Below, piece after piece: positions 48,359 to 57,568 of a stretch of 64,000 nucleotides of DNA. A model generated the notes under the pieces. That model had not been told where the DNA came from, searched no databases, and saw only the letters and a program-made list of their open reading frames with translations. The position numbers and the translations under genes are program-made. Position 1 is the stretch's first letter. Every line of letters begins with the position of its first letter. Source of the stretch: an uncultured virus (IMG/VR IMGVR_UViG_3300043571_000407) (lineage: Duplodnaviria > Heunggongvirae > Uroviricota > Caudoviricetes). Where the stretch lies: IMG/VR virus record IMGVR_UViG_3300043571_000407; one strand, written 5' to 3'.

Positions 48359-50878
48359 CTATATTTTATCTTGTTTTAGTTTTTTCTCGTATTCCTTGAC
48401 AAAGGCTTTAGCTGATTCTTCTGACAAATCAAAATATTCCATATCATAATATTTGCCATCTTCAAAAATTTTCTCTGTTCTCCTCTGAAATCCCATTGCT
48501 TCATAGAAAGACTCTGACGTACTCAGTGATTCTAGTTTTATTTGCCCTTTCAGCCCTCGCTTTATGCTTTCCTGAATAGCCTGATACATAATCTGTTTTC
48601 CCACCCCTTTTTTACTCTGTATTATATTTAATGGATTTGTCCCTAAAAATTCTATATACATTGAATCTTTGGATTTTTCATTTCCTACCATAAAAAAGCC
48701 TTGAGCATCCCCAGATTCGTCTTTTAGAAAAATTGTATCTTGTTTTCCTGGCTTCTCTTGAGCATAAAAAATTAATCCATCTATTACTATACTTGAGTCA
48801 CTTACTAATTCCAACATGTTCTTAAGAGCTTTTCTATCGACCTTTTTACCTCCAATCATATTATCTTCAGAAAGAGCATTTAATACTTTGTTTCCTTTTA
48901 TCTTAAATTGTTTTGCGGTTGAAGACCATTCTTCTGCTGTTTTTATTTGATCTTCCTTGGCTTCCAAGGAAGGTGTTAACTTACCAACTTTTCGCACTGG
49001 AGGTTGTTGCTGTGCTTTAACTTCTTCCTGTGATTTAACTTCTTCCTGTTTAGCAGGTTTTTCTATTGGGGTGTCAACTTCCTCTACTTCTACATATAAA
49101 ATTCCGTCTTTTTTAGTAACACCCTTAAATTTGTGTCTAGTGTTTTTTGAAACAACAACTTCTTTTTCATCTCTTCCTAATTTACCTGCTTCGGGTTTCC
49201 CAAAAACACTAAGATTTCGGATGGACGCGCCCGACTTATTGGTTGATTTGATAATAACCTGAGTTGATTTTTCACCCGAAAAATCTAACTCAGTAAAGTG
49301 GGCAGCTATGGCAATATCAGAAGTCCAAGATGAGTGGGCAGATTGGTTTCCAACTATTCCATCTTTATCCCCTTTTGCCCACTTCATTGCTTCATCTTCA
49401 GAAGAAAAAGTAATCCCCCTATAAATTTCTCCTTTATATGGTGTTGAATTTTTGATAAATTCATCAATCTGGTCAGCCTGTCTATTCTCTCGCCCATTTT
49501 TCTGATCTTCTCTTATCTCGGAAGATCCTTTACCCGTCCAGTATTTAATGGCATTAGCGGTATCCTGAGCCTCTTTCAAGGTTATTTGCTTTCCAGTCTT
49601 GGTTACTGCATCATAATATTCCTCGGCATTTTTAGGCACGCTTTCGTGTGTTCCATCTCCAGCTAAATTTTTAACTGGTTGCTTTTCGGCTTCGGGTTCT
49701 GGCTTTTTTGGATTAGGGATTTTTTTTTCTGGGGATGGTTCAATTTCTTCTACTTCTACAAGTATGTACCCTTTTACTTTTTTGAAACTTTTTACTCTAT
49801 GTCTAGCATCTTTTGAAATAACAACTTCATCTTGGTCTGGAAATTCACTAATATCTCGAGCAGACGCTCCCGTCTTATTGACTGCCTTGATAATAACACG
49901 CCTCCCATCAGTAGCCTCTTTAGACTCATACAGTATATTAGAGAACCCAATTGCTACGGATTGACTAGAAGTCCAAGAAGCGTGAGCGGATTGATTATCT
50001 AAAACATTCCCCTCCCCCTTTATCCAATCCATCGCTTCTTGTTCAGAATCAAACTTCAATCCTCTGTATATACTCCCTTTGTATGGGGTTGAATTTTTGA
50101 TATAACTAGCAATATTTTCTGCATTTTGATTGAATACCCCTGCTTTTTGATCATCTCTAGTTTTATAAGAATCATCAGTCCAATCTCGAACAGACTCAAT
50201 AACTTCTTCAGCCTCTTTTTTTGTTATTGGCTTCCCACTTTTAGCCATTGCATCATAATATTCTTGTGCGTTTTTAGGTGCGCCATCGTGTGTTCCGTCA
50301 CCAATTAAGCTAGTAGGTTGCTGTTTCTTAACTACGGGATTTGTTTTTTTGGGTTCTGGCTTTAATTCTGGAATTAAAACAGGCGGTTTTTCCGCTTTGA
50401 CTTTAGGAGTTGCTTCAACTGTTTTTGCATAATTTTTCCCAATTCCCTCTAGCTTTTTAAGCCTATCTTTTATTGTGGGATCATCAGTTTTAATTTTGCA
50501 GCTTTTCATGATGTTAATACAGGCTTTCCCACAGTTATAAGCTGTTGGTTTCACACATTGTGGCTTCTTATTACCTCCTATCCCCGCATCTACCCGATAG
50601 GAGTAGCCACTAGAGAATTCCTCCCAGTCATCTACGCTATCCATCCGTCCTGGGGTGTAAGGTTTAAAAGTGACTGATTGCCCTTTGATATTAAATGAAA
50701 AAATACGGGGACGGGTTGCATCCTTGAATTTGCCTTCAAACTCCCCTTGATCGTTTACCGAAAAATCCAACATCACCACCGGAGCATTGTAGGCAAATGG
50801 TTGAGACAAAGTTTGGGCGATCGCCAACTTCATCTGTGGCTCGGTTGGCGTGGCATCTTTTCTAGTCGTTGAACTCAT
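48359..50878 (-). CDS. Tagged effector: shared N-tag, two ADP-ribosyltransferase domains, GNAT
   Basis: Two YRG / SWTS / (Q,E)xEVV sets, then a GNAT paralogous to 46943-48337. Confidence 0.8.
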   Translation of the reverse strand: MSSTTRKDATPTEPQMKLAIAQTLSQPFAYNAPVVMLDFSVNDQGEFEGKFKDATRPRIFSFNIKGQSVTFKPYTPGRMDSVDDWEEFSSGYSYRVDAGIGGNKKPQCVKPTAYNCGKACINIMKSCKIKTDDPTIKDRLKKLEGIGKNYAKTVEATPKVKAEKPPVLIPELKPEPKKTNPVVKKQQPTSLIGDGTHDGAPKNAQEYYDAMAKSGKPITKKEAEEVIESVRDWTDDSYKTRDDQKAGVFNQNAENIASYIKNSTPYKGSIYRGLKFDSEQEAMDWIKGEGNVLDNQSAHASWTSSQSVAIGFSNILYESKEATDGRRVIIKAVNKTGASARDISEFPDQDEVVISKDARHRVKSFKKVKGYILVEVEEIEPSPEKKIPNPKKPEPEAEKQPVKNLAGDGTHESVPKNAEEYYDAVTKTGKQITLKEAQDTANAIKYWTGKGSSEIREDQKNGRENRQADQIDEFIKNSTPYKGEIYRGITFSSEDEAMKWAKGDKDGIVGNQSAHSSWTSDIAIAAHFTELDFSGEKSTQVIIKSTNKSGASIRNLSVFGKPEAGKLGRDEKEVVVSKNTRHKFKGVTKKDGILYVEVEEVDTPIEKPAKQEEVKSQEEVKAQQQPPVRKVGKLTPSLEAKEDQIKTAEEWSSTAKQFKIKGNKVLNALSEDNMIGGKKVDRKALKNMLELVSDSSIVIDGLIFYAQEKPGKQDTIFLKDESGDAQGFFMVGNEKSKDSMYIEFLGTNPLNIIQSKKGVGKQIMYQAIQESIKRGLKGQIKLESLSTSESFYEAMGFQRRTEKIFEDGKYYDMEYFDLSEESAKAFVKEYEKKLKQDKI

Positions 50879-50889
50879 GGTTAAATCTC

Positions 50890-52866
50890 CTATACTTCCT
50901 CAGCTTCAACAATAATCCGTCCGTTTTCTTCCTTGACACTTTTAACTCGATGGCGAGTGTCTTTTAGCACCATAACTTCGTCTTCTTCTTTGATCCTGCT
51001 CAAATTCCTAATAGACACACCTGATTTATTAATGGTTTTAATGACGACGGGATACCTTTTTTCCTCAATAAAGAAATCGTCCGAAAAATTCTTTGCTGTT
51101 TTAAGGCTAGATGACCAAGAGGCGTGAGCACCTTGATTATCTAGCACCCCATCCTTGTCGCCTTTAGTCCAGTTTAAAGCCTCCTCTTTGGTTGCAAAAT
51201 GAATCCCTCGGTAAACTTCGCCTTCGTATGGGGTTGAGTTCCTGACATAATTAGAGATCCGATTGGCATCTTCGTTTTCTTCCCCTGCTTTTTGATCGAC
51301 TCGGATGTCAGTGGCATCCCTTGTCCATTTATAGATGGCTGTAGTGGTGGCTGCTGCCTCCTTCTTAGAAATATTTACTCCTGCTTTTTCCAGTGCTTCA
51401 CGATATTCATCGGGGGTTGAGGGCATGGATTCATGGTCGCCCTTCCCTACTAAATTAAGGTTTTTAGGTTTTTCTTCGGGTTGTTTAACCGCCTTTTCCT
51501 CGGATTCTTTTTGGGTTTTAGTTATTTCTGGTGATGGTTCAGGCATTTTCTTTTCCTTGTTAGGAGAAACTTCTTCTGTCTCAACGATCAAAACACCATC
51601 TTCGTACACAACCTTTTTAACCCGATGGCGAGTGTCTTTGGCAACCACTACCTCATCTTCCGCGCCAATGTTGCTTAGGTTTTTGATGGAGGCACCCGAC
51701 TTATTATTTGTTTTGATAATGACAGGTTGCGATGTAAAGTCGTTTACCGAATTGTTACCAGCAAATCCTCTCGCTTTATCCCAATTAGAAGTCCAAGATG
51801 CGTGGGCATTTTGATTGTCCAATATTCCGTCTTTGTCTCCTTTTGCCCACTCCAGTGCTTCTTCTGTTGATCCAAAGGAGATACCTCGGTAGATTTCACC
51901 TTTGAATGGCGTTGAACTCTTGACGTAATCAGTGATCCGGTCGGCAACGAGGCTGTATTTCCCTGCTTTTTGAGATTCTCTAATATAAGAGGCATCTTCT
52001 GTCCACTCTTTAACGGCTCCGGTAATCTTTATAGCATCGTCATAAGAGATGGGATTACCCGATGCTTTCATTGCTTCAAAGTACCCGTATGCGTCGCCAG
52101 GAACGGACTCATGATCCCCCTTCCCTACTAAATTAAGAGGCTTGGGTTCGTTTTCAGGTTCTTTAAGGGGTTCGTTTTCAGGTTCTTTAAGGGTTTCTGT
52201 TTGATCTTCACTCTTTACAGCTATTTTAGCAGCTTTCTTCCCTTCTTCAAAGTCAGATTCTTTCCCTTTTTTGCTAGGGGGAATTTCCTTTATTGTTTCT
52301 GGGATTTTATCTATTTCTGGTGGTTTTTCTACCTCTTTCTTGGTTTTTGTAGTTGATTTAGGATTGGATTTCTTGGCTTCTTTAGCGTAATCAATACCAG
52401 CAGCTTTCAATTTCTCTAAACGATCCTTTGACTGAGCGTCATCGGGGTTTGATTTACAATTATTATTAATATTTATACAGGCTTTCCCGCAATTATAAGC
52501 CGTTGGTTTAACGCATTGGGGTTTCTTTTTGTCTCCTGCCTTGCCTTTTGCCTTAACTCCTTTAGCTTTAGCATCAAAACGGAAGGAATAGCCTAAAGAA
52601 AACTCCTCCCATTGTTCTACTGCATCGCCCGAATCCATCCGTCCTGGGGCGTAAGGTTTGAAGTTAACGGTATTTCCATCTAACTCAAAATCAAACACCC
52701 TCGGACGGGCAGAATCCTTAAATCTCCCAGATATTTTACCCGTGTCATCTACCTTAAAGTCCAACACGTCCACTGGGGCGTTATAGGCAAAAGGAAGAGC
52801 AAGAGTCTGGGCGATCGCTGCTTGCATTTGTGCTTTTGTTGGGGCTGATTTAGTCTCTATGCTCAT
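50890..52866 (-). CDS. Tagged effector: shared N-tag plus two ADP-ribosyltransferase domains
   Basis: YRG / HASWTS / EDEVVV and YRG / HASWSS / EDEVMV. Confidence 0.8.
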   Translation of the reverse strand: MSIETKSAPTKAQMQAAIAQTLALPFAYNAPVDVLDFKVDDTGKISGRFKDSARPRVFDFELDGNTVNFKPYAPGRMDSGDAVEQWEEFSLGYSFRFDAKAKGVKAKGKAGDKKKPQCVKPTAYNCGKACININNNCKSNPDDAQSKDRLEKLKAAGIDYAKEAKKSNPKSTTKTKKEVEKPPEIDKIPETIKEIPPSKKGKESDFEEGKKAAKIAVKSEDQTETLKEPENEPLKEPENEPKPLNLVGKGDHESVPGDAYGYFEAMKASGNPISYDDAIKITGAVKEWTEDASYIRESQKAGKYSLVADRITDYVKSSTPFKGEIYRGISFGSTEEALEWAKGDKDGILDNQNAHASWTSNWDKARGFAGNNSVNDFTSQPVIIKTNNKSGASIKNLSNIGAEDEVVVAKDTRHRVKKVVYEDGVLIVETEEVSPNKEKKMPEPSPEITKTQKESEEKAVKQPEEKPKNLNLVGKGDHESMPSTPDEYREALEKAGVNISKKEAAATTTAIYKWTRDATDIRVDQKAGEENEDANRISNYVRNSTPYEGEVYRGIHFATKEEALNWTKGDKDGVLDNQGAHASWSSSLKTAKNFSDDFFIEEKRYPVVIKTINKSGVSIRNLSRIKEEDEVMVLKDTRHRVKSVKEENGRIIVEAEEV

Positions 52867-52959
52867 GTTTTTGTTCTTCCTTTTGCTTCAGAATTATCAA
52901 GACCCGTATTGCCGCAATTATAGGAGGTAGGTTTTCGCGCTGGGTTTTTTCATTCGATT

Positions 52960-54282
52960 TTAATTGTCAGGCTTTATTTTTTTTGCGTAAGTTCTTAGTC
53001 CTACCCAATTTGTGCTGACAGAATCCTCGATTTTATCAACAGCACTATCCTCTACACTCCCTCCTATTAATTGATATTTATCGTTCTCCTGCACCTTGAT
53101 CATTAATTTATTAAAATCCCCCCTACTAACTTTATCGCCCATAGCTCGTCTAATTTGATATATTGGAACGAGGTTGTCATAATTATTCTCCTTGTTTAAT
53201 TTGTCATAAACCGTGTCCGCCAACTTCGAGAATTCCTCAATATCAACAATTTGACCGGGCTTTCTTTTTGTCTCTTTTTCTGCTTTTTCTATAGCTTTCT
53301 CATCAGTAAATCTTATAAAGTTTTTCTCTCCAAAACTGGTCTTAATCCCATCTTTGTAAGATTTGTTAGGATCTCCCCCCATCATTTGTATGTCATCGTT
53401 ATCTAACTGGCTATCCATCATCCACTTGTCAAAATCTTGATCGGAAATCCGACCCTTTAGCTCTTTTCTAACTCTTTCTATTGGAAGAAGTCCGTCATAA
53501 TTATATTCCATGTTGATTCGAGCTAATTCTTTGGGTATTTCCTTTTTAAAGGTGTCATAATCCTTTATTGGTTCGTCACTATAAAAGGGATTTGCCTTGG
53601 ATTTAGGACTAGATTTAGCTTTGGGTTTAACTTCGGGCTTTGGCTCGATCTTGGCTTCTGGTTCTGCCGTTTTCTTTGTTGCCAATTTTTGACCAGTAGG
53701 CTTTTTACTCTCTGCTTTAGGCTTGGTTTGGGGCTTTTCTACAGTCGTTTTTGCTGTTTTCGCGTAATCTTTCCCAATTCCTTCTAACTTTTTAAGCCTG
53801 TCTTTTATTGTGGGATCATTGGTTTTGATTTTGCAGGTTTTCATGATGTTGATGCAAGCTGCACCACAGTTATAGGCTGTCGGCTTAACGCATTGAGGCT
53901 TTTTTTTGCCACCGACTCCCGCATCAACACGGAAGCCATACCCTGCTGAAAATGCCTCCCATTCTTGGACATCTTCCTCTGATTCTAAGCTGTCCATTTT
54001 GCCAGGTTTATAAGGCTTATAGGCTACAGACTCCCCATCTAGGGTAAAGGAAAACACCCGTGGACGTGCCGCATCTTTAAATACTCCGGTAATATTGCCA
54101 TTCTCGGCAACATCAAATTTAAGCACAACAACTGGGGCGTTATAAACAAAATCCATTGACAAGGTTTGGGCAATAAGTAACCTCATTTGAGCTTCGGTTG
54201 GTGCAGTACCTCCGCCACCATCCCCAACTAATACTTCATCTTCGTCAACACGGAACAAAGAACTTGGTTTTGTTTTTAACAT
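52960..54282 (-). CDS. Tagged effector: shared N-tag plus two tandem domains of unknown function
   Basis: Shared tag; duplicated NYD.L.PI..(V/I)R.....FD/N......Q....Q..GG unit. Confidence 0.75.
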   Translation of the reverse strand: MLKTKPSSLFRVDEDEVLVGDGGGGTAPTEAQMRLLIAQTLSMDFVYNAPVVVLKFDVAENGNITGVFKDAARPRVFSFTLDGESVAYKPYKPGKMDSLESEEDVQEWEAFSAGYGFRVDAGVGGKKKPQCVKPTAYNCGAACINIMKTCKIKTNDPTIKDRLKKLEGIGKDYAKTAKTTVEKPQTKPKAESKKPTGQKLATKKTAEPEAKIEPKPEVKPKAKSSPKSKANPFYSDEPIKDYDTFKKEIPKELARINMEYNYDGLLPIERVRKELKGRISDQDFDKWMMDSQLDNDDIQMMGGDPNKSYKDGIKTSFGEKNFIRFTDEKAIEKAEKETKRKPGQIVDIEEFSKLADTVYDKLNKENNYDNLVPIYQIRRAMGDKVSRGDFNKLMIKVQENDKYQLIGGSVEDSAVDKIEDSVSTNWVGLRTYAKKIKPDN

Positions 54283-54303
54283 GATTTTACCTTTTATAAA
54301 TAG

Positions 54304-54367
54304 AAACCTTGTGAGTCAATCACAAGTAAAAACCTTGTGAGTCAATCACAAGTAAAAACCTTGTGAG
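54304..54367. repeat. 26-bp tandem repeat x2.5, each unit a hairpin
   Basis: AAACCTTGTGAGTCAATCACAAGTAA; CTTGTGA/TCACAAG stem. Confidence 0.9.
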
Positions 54368-54765
54368 CTAATCTTCTCAACTAACTCCATGTCCCACGTC
54401 ACGATATTTTTAGTTAGTGAGACTAAGTTACAAACAACTCCATCGGGAGGGTAAAATGTGGTGTCTGCTCCGACAATATAGTCAACCCCCTCACCCTTCA
54501 ATTGTTCTTCTAAATAACGCCGTGAAATCCCTTTGACGGAATAGGATTTAGTTATTCCCTCCACTGAACTTAGATTTTCAATCCCTTCCTTACTTGGGAA
54601 TTGATCTTGAATAACCGGAGATGGGGTAATCTCCAGATACTCGTAATCATTGCCCAATCTTGTGCGAACGACAAGGCTTCGAATATTGGGATTGCCAAAT
54701 CCCCCCGCGAGAGGGGAGATCCGGTCTCTTAGGGCTATCATTTGCTCAACAAAGGATTGACTCAT
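54346..54765 (-). CDS. Putative head-completion protein
   Basis: 139 aa; position after the DUF4054-like gene. Confidence 0.45.
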   Translation of the reverse strand: MSQSFVEQMIALRDRISPLAGGFGNPNIRSLVVRTRLGNDYEYLEITPSPVIQDQFPSKEGIENLSSVEGITKSYSVKGISRRYLEEQLKGEGVDYIVGADTTFYPPDGVVCNLVSLTKNIVTWDMELVEKISSQGFYL

Positions 54766-54947
54766 TTCTTCTCTTTGGGAGTATAAGCAGCCTGTGGGTG
54801 GTCTGGCTTGTCTAACTTCTTATTGATTTCCTGTAACTCAACATAAATTGCTGCCATTGCTTGCAGTTCTGGCGAGGCAGGAGCCGCTATTCCAGCAGAA
54901 GTAACTCGACCATTATCAACGGTGAAATCAGGGAACTGTACTTTCAT
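54762..54947 (-). CDS. Small hypothetical protein
   Basis: Likely start MKVQFP; ATGA-coupled on both sides. Confidence 0.55.
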   Translation of the reverse strand: MKVQFPDFTVDNGRVTSAGIAAPASPELQAMAAIYVELQEINKKLDKPDHPQAAYTPKEKK

Positions 54948-55279
54948 AAAACTAAAATAGGGGGAGTGAAGATAGTATTGCGGAGGTGGATATATTGCCT
55001 CCCGTAAGTTGTCAAAGACCAATCGTTCTCGGAGCCAGAAGGGGTAAAACTTCCTTGCCCTGATGCGATTCCCGTGACACTAGAGGCAATATCCGCCTGT
55101 TGAAACCAATCAATGCTGATTCGATGGGCAGCAATCAACATAATTCCATCCGTTCTCTTGGGATCTGCCCAACCAGCACAGTAATTATTCTCGGCAAAGT
55201 TTAAACTGTATTGAATCACAGAAGATTCGACCACAGCGAACTGAGGATAAACCGCTAAAAAATCGGAAGGGAGAACCAT
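54944..55279 (-). CDS. DUF4054-like head-tail adaptor
   Basis: FLAVYPQF, LIAAH, TTYGRQY..L; synteny after capsid genes. Confidence 0.75.
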   Translation of the reverse strand: MVLPSDFLAVYPQFAVVESSVIQYSLNFAENNYCAGWADPKRTDGIMLIAAHRISIDWFQQADIASSVTGIASGQGSFTPSGSENDWSLTTYGRQYIHLRNTIFTPPILVL

Positions 55280-55282
55280 TTA

Positions 55283-55762
55283 TTACCCACGGATGTTCAT
55301 AGTATTAACCGATTTGATATTCTTGACTTGCTCCGCTATTGCCTTAGAAATAGCGGGACGATCTTCTCTTTTCTCGGATCGTTCTAACCAATCAATATCA
55401 CTAGAATTGCGAATTAGATCCAGAGCATCTTTTTCAATATAATCAAGGGTTGTTTCAGTAGGAAACTTCCCTTCCTCTAGGGTGGGAGAGATTACTCTGA
55501 ATGCTCCGCAATTAACAAGTTGCAATCCGAGGGGATGCCGAACAATATAGTCATAGTCCTCGTCGGGAAGCTCCAAATTAGTCCCAGGCAGAATCCAACT
55601 CCCCCGTGTTTCCACCGCATCCAAGGAAGTTTTCTTGGTTCCCCCACGATTAATAGGACGGGAGAAACGGATCGGCGAAGTGATAGCCTCCACTGATATT
55701 CCATAGGGAATGCGTGGATTGTGAGGATTTAGCTTTGGGTCAAAGATGATAGTTTTAGACAT
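55283..55762 (-). CDS. Hypothetical head-associated protein
   Basis: 159 aa directly after the major capsid gene. Confidence 0.6.
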   Translation of the reverse strand: MSKTIIFDPKLNPHNPRIPYGISVEAITSPIRFSRPINRGGTKKTSLDAVETRGSWILPGTNLELPDEDYDYIVRHPLGLQLVNCGAFRVISPTLEEGKFPTETTLDYIEKDALDLIRNSSDIDWLERSEKREDRPAISKAIAEQVKNIKSVNTMNIRG

Positions 55763-55764
55763 TT

Positions 55765-56718
55765 TTATTCGGGTAATACTACAATGTGCATGGAGAATGG
55801 GCGTTTGAGGTCAATTCCCCCAAACTTAAACTTGGCACCACGCCAGAAAGAATCAACACCAATGGGACGAGTATCAGTCCACTTTAATGGTTGATAAATC
55901 TTAGCAGAGACTTTTTTGGGATCTCGACGGAAAGCCTGAATAAAGCGGGTAGGAGCCAAACCAATCGACTCTAAATATTCGGGAGCCATCTCGGACACCA
56001 CGCCGACTTCTTTGATGTTGGAGTTGACTTTTAAGAAGTGTTCTAACACTGTGCGATCTAAGGCAGATGTGCCAATTTGAATGATATCCGAGGAGAGGTG
56101 TTCGTAAGTTTCCGAATCCATCAGCAAAGTGTCAGGCTTCTCTCGATTATTGGTCAACCGAGTCGGAGCATTAACACAATCATTTAACACACTCAGCTTT
56201 TGCTGTGATGTTGCAGACCCGTTTAAAGGGAAGGGAGCATAAGACCGCAGGGCTTGGGGGTGATTTAGAAACCCTGGCATCCCTGTTTCTAAATCACCGT
56301 TTGCCACCAACTGATTGATTTTTTGTTGTGCGGCTTCTTGAATTGTCCAGATTTTGTCCTCCTCAATGCTCTCGCCCATTCGACTGACAGCCGCGATATC
56401 ATCCTCGGAAACGCTATAACCTTGTCCCCATTTATGGATCGGCATCTTCATCTCGCCATAGACCAGTTCCACTTCGGGAAGGTCTGTGGTGTAGTTTCGG
56501 ATTAATTTGAACTGCCCGACGTGACGGAGCCACCGATATCCCCAGGTTTTTGCCCAGGGCTTGTTTTGGATATTGAGAGGGCAAATGACTCCAGCAGCGA
56601 AAGGATAGTCCGCAAGATCGAACTCCTTATCTACTTGAGCTTCTAAGTCCATCAGGGTGCCAAAGAACGTCCCGATTTCATCAGCATCCAACCTTGTAGT
56701 CCCGGAAAAGTTCATCAT
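55765..56718 (-). CDS. Major capsid protein (DUF2184 family)
   Basis: 317 aa; DLPEV, GYSVSEDDI.A, GD...MPGFLNHP, PDTLLM, GGI.LKRP; DUF2213-decoration-MCP-DUF4054 order. Confidence 0.85.
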   Translation of the reverse strand: MMNFSGTTRLDADEIGTFFGTLMDLEAQVDKEFDLADYPFAAGVICPLNIQNKPWAKTWGYRWLRHVGQFKLIRNYTTDLPEVELVYGEMKMPIHKWGQGYSVSEDDIAAVSRMGESIEEDKIWTIQEAAQQKINQLVANGDLETGMPGFLNHPQALRSYAPFPLNGSATSQQKLSVLNDCVNAPTRLTNNREKPDTLLMDSETYEHLSSDIIQIGTSALDRTVLEHFLKVNSNIKEVGVVSEMAPEYLESIGLAPTRFIQAFRRDPKKVSAKIYQPLKWTDTRPIGVDSFWRGAKFKFGGIDLKRPFSMHIVVLPE

Positions 56719-56737
56719 AGTTTAAGTTCTTTCTATA

Positions 56738-57568
56738 TTAAGGAACATTGAAGCCGATTAAAACGCACACCGCGCCAGTGCTAGTGACCACAGGGGAACA
56801 TTTGAACTCAGCCTTCGCGGAGATATTAATTGTACCACTTGTCACTTTTGTTGCTTTCCCCTCGTGTCCCGCAGCAATAGAGACGTAGACGGCATCATTG
56901 ATTGTGATATCCGTCTCAACACATTCAACCCAGATCCCTGACGATTCCCCTGTCCGGTCAACCACGTCCATCACATCCTGATAGGGGTAAGTTGTCCCAC
57001 TATAGTTTGCACCTTGATAAATCAAAGGTTGCATTTCGATGTCTTTGACGATTCGAGTAATCCCTAAGATTACGTCAGTGGTAGCAGTAGGAAGTCCTGC
57101 AACTTTGGGGTCGGTTTCGGTGTTTGCTCTGGCAACAAACCGACCGAATGGTACGGGGAGAGGAATAATCATCGCCGTGGTTACAGTTGCCGTTAAACTA
57201 GCACCAGTAACTACCAGGATGTTCTCGATACCATATTCCAGTGCCGTGAATAGCACGTTATTCCCACTAACACTTGCAATCCCCCGTCGCCCAAAAGCAG
57301 GGTTTACTCGGATTGCATTCAATAAACCAGCTTGCAGTTCCGCTTGAGTGGCACTAGCATCGGTTGTAAAACGTGCCGTGCCTAGTCCGTTGTTTAACCT
57401 GACGGTATATACAGTGCTAGAAGCAGGGGAGGCAGGAATCGCCAGAGTCCAGACCTCTTTAACAGCATTCTTTACAGAAACAAGGGCTTTGACTCTCGGA
57501 AAATTAATAGATCCCTCGCCCATGCCAGGAGTCGCCCGATCAAATTGAAGATTGTAGTTGTACCGCAT
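56738..57568 (-). CDS. Capsid decoration/cement protein with inserted domain
   Basis: VPFGRFVA, LGIT, GIWVE, VYV motifs; between protease and MCP. Confidence 0.7.
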   Translation of the reverse strand: MRYNYNLQFDRATPGMGEGSINFPRVKALVSVKNAVKEVWTLAIPASPASSTVYTVRLNNGLGTARFTTDASATQAELQAGLLNAIRVNPAFGRRGIASVSGNNVLFTALEYGIENILVVTGASLTATVTTAMIIPLPVPFGRFVARANTETDPKVAGLPTATTDVILGITRIVKDIEMQPLIYQGANYSGTTYPYQDVMDVVDRTGESSGIWVECVETDITINDAVYVSIAAGHEGKATKVTSGTINISAKAEFKCSPVVTSTGAVCVLIGFNVP

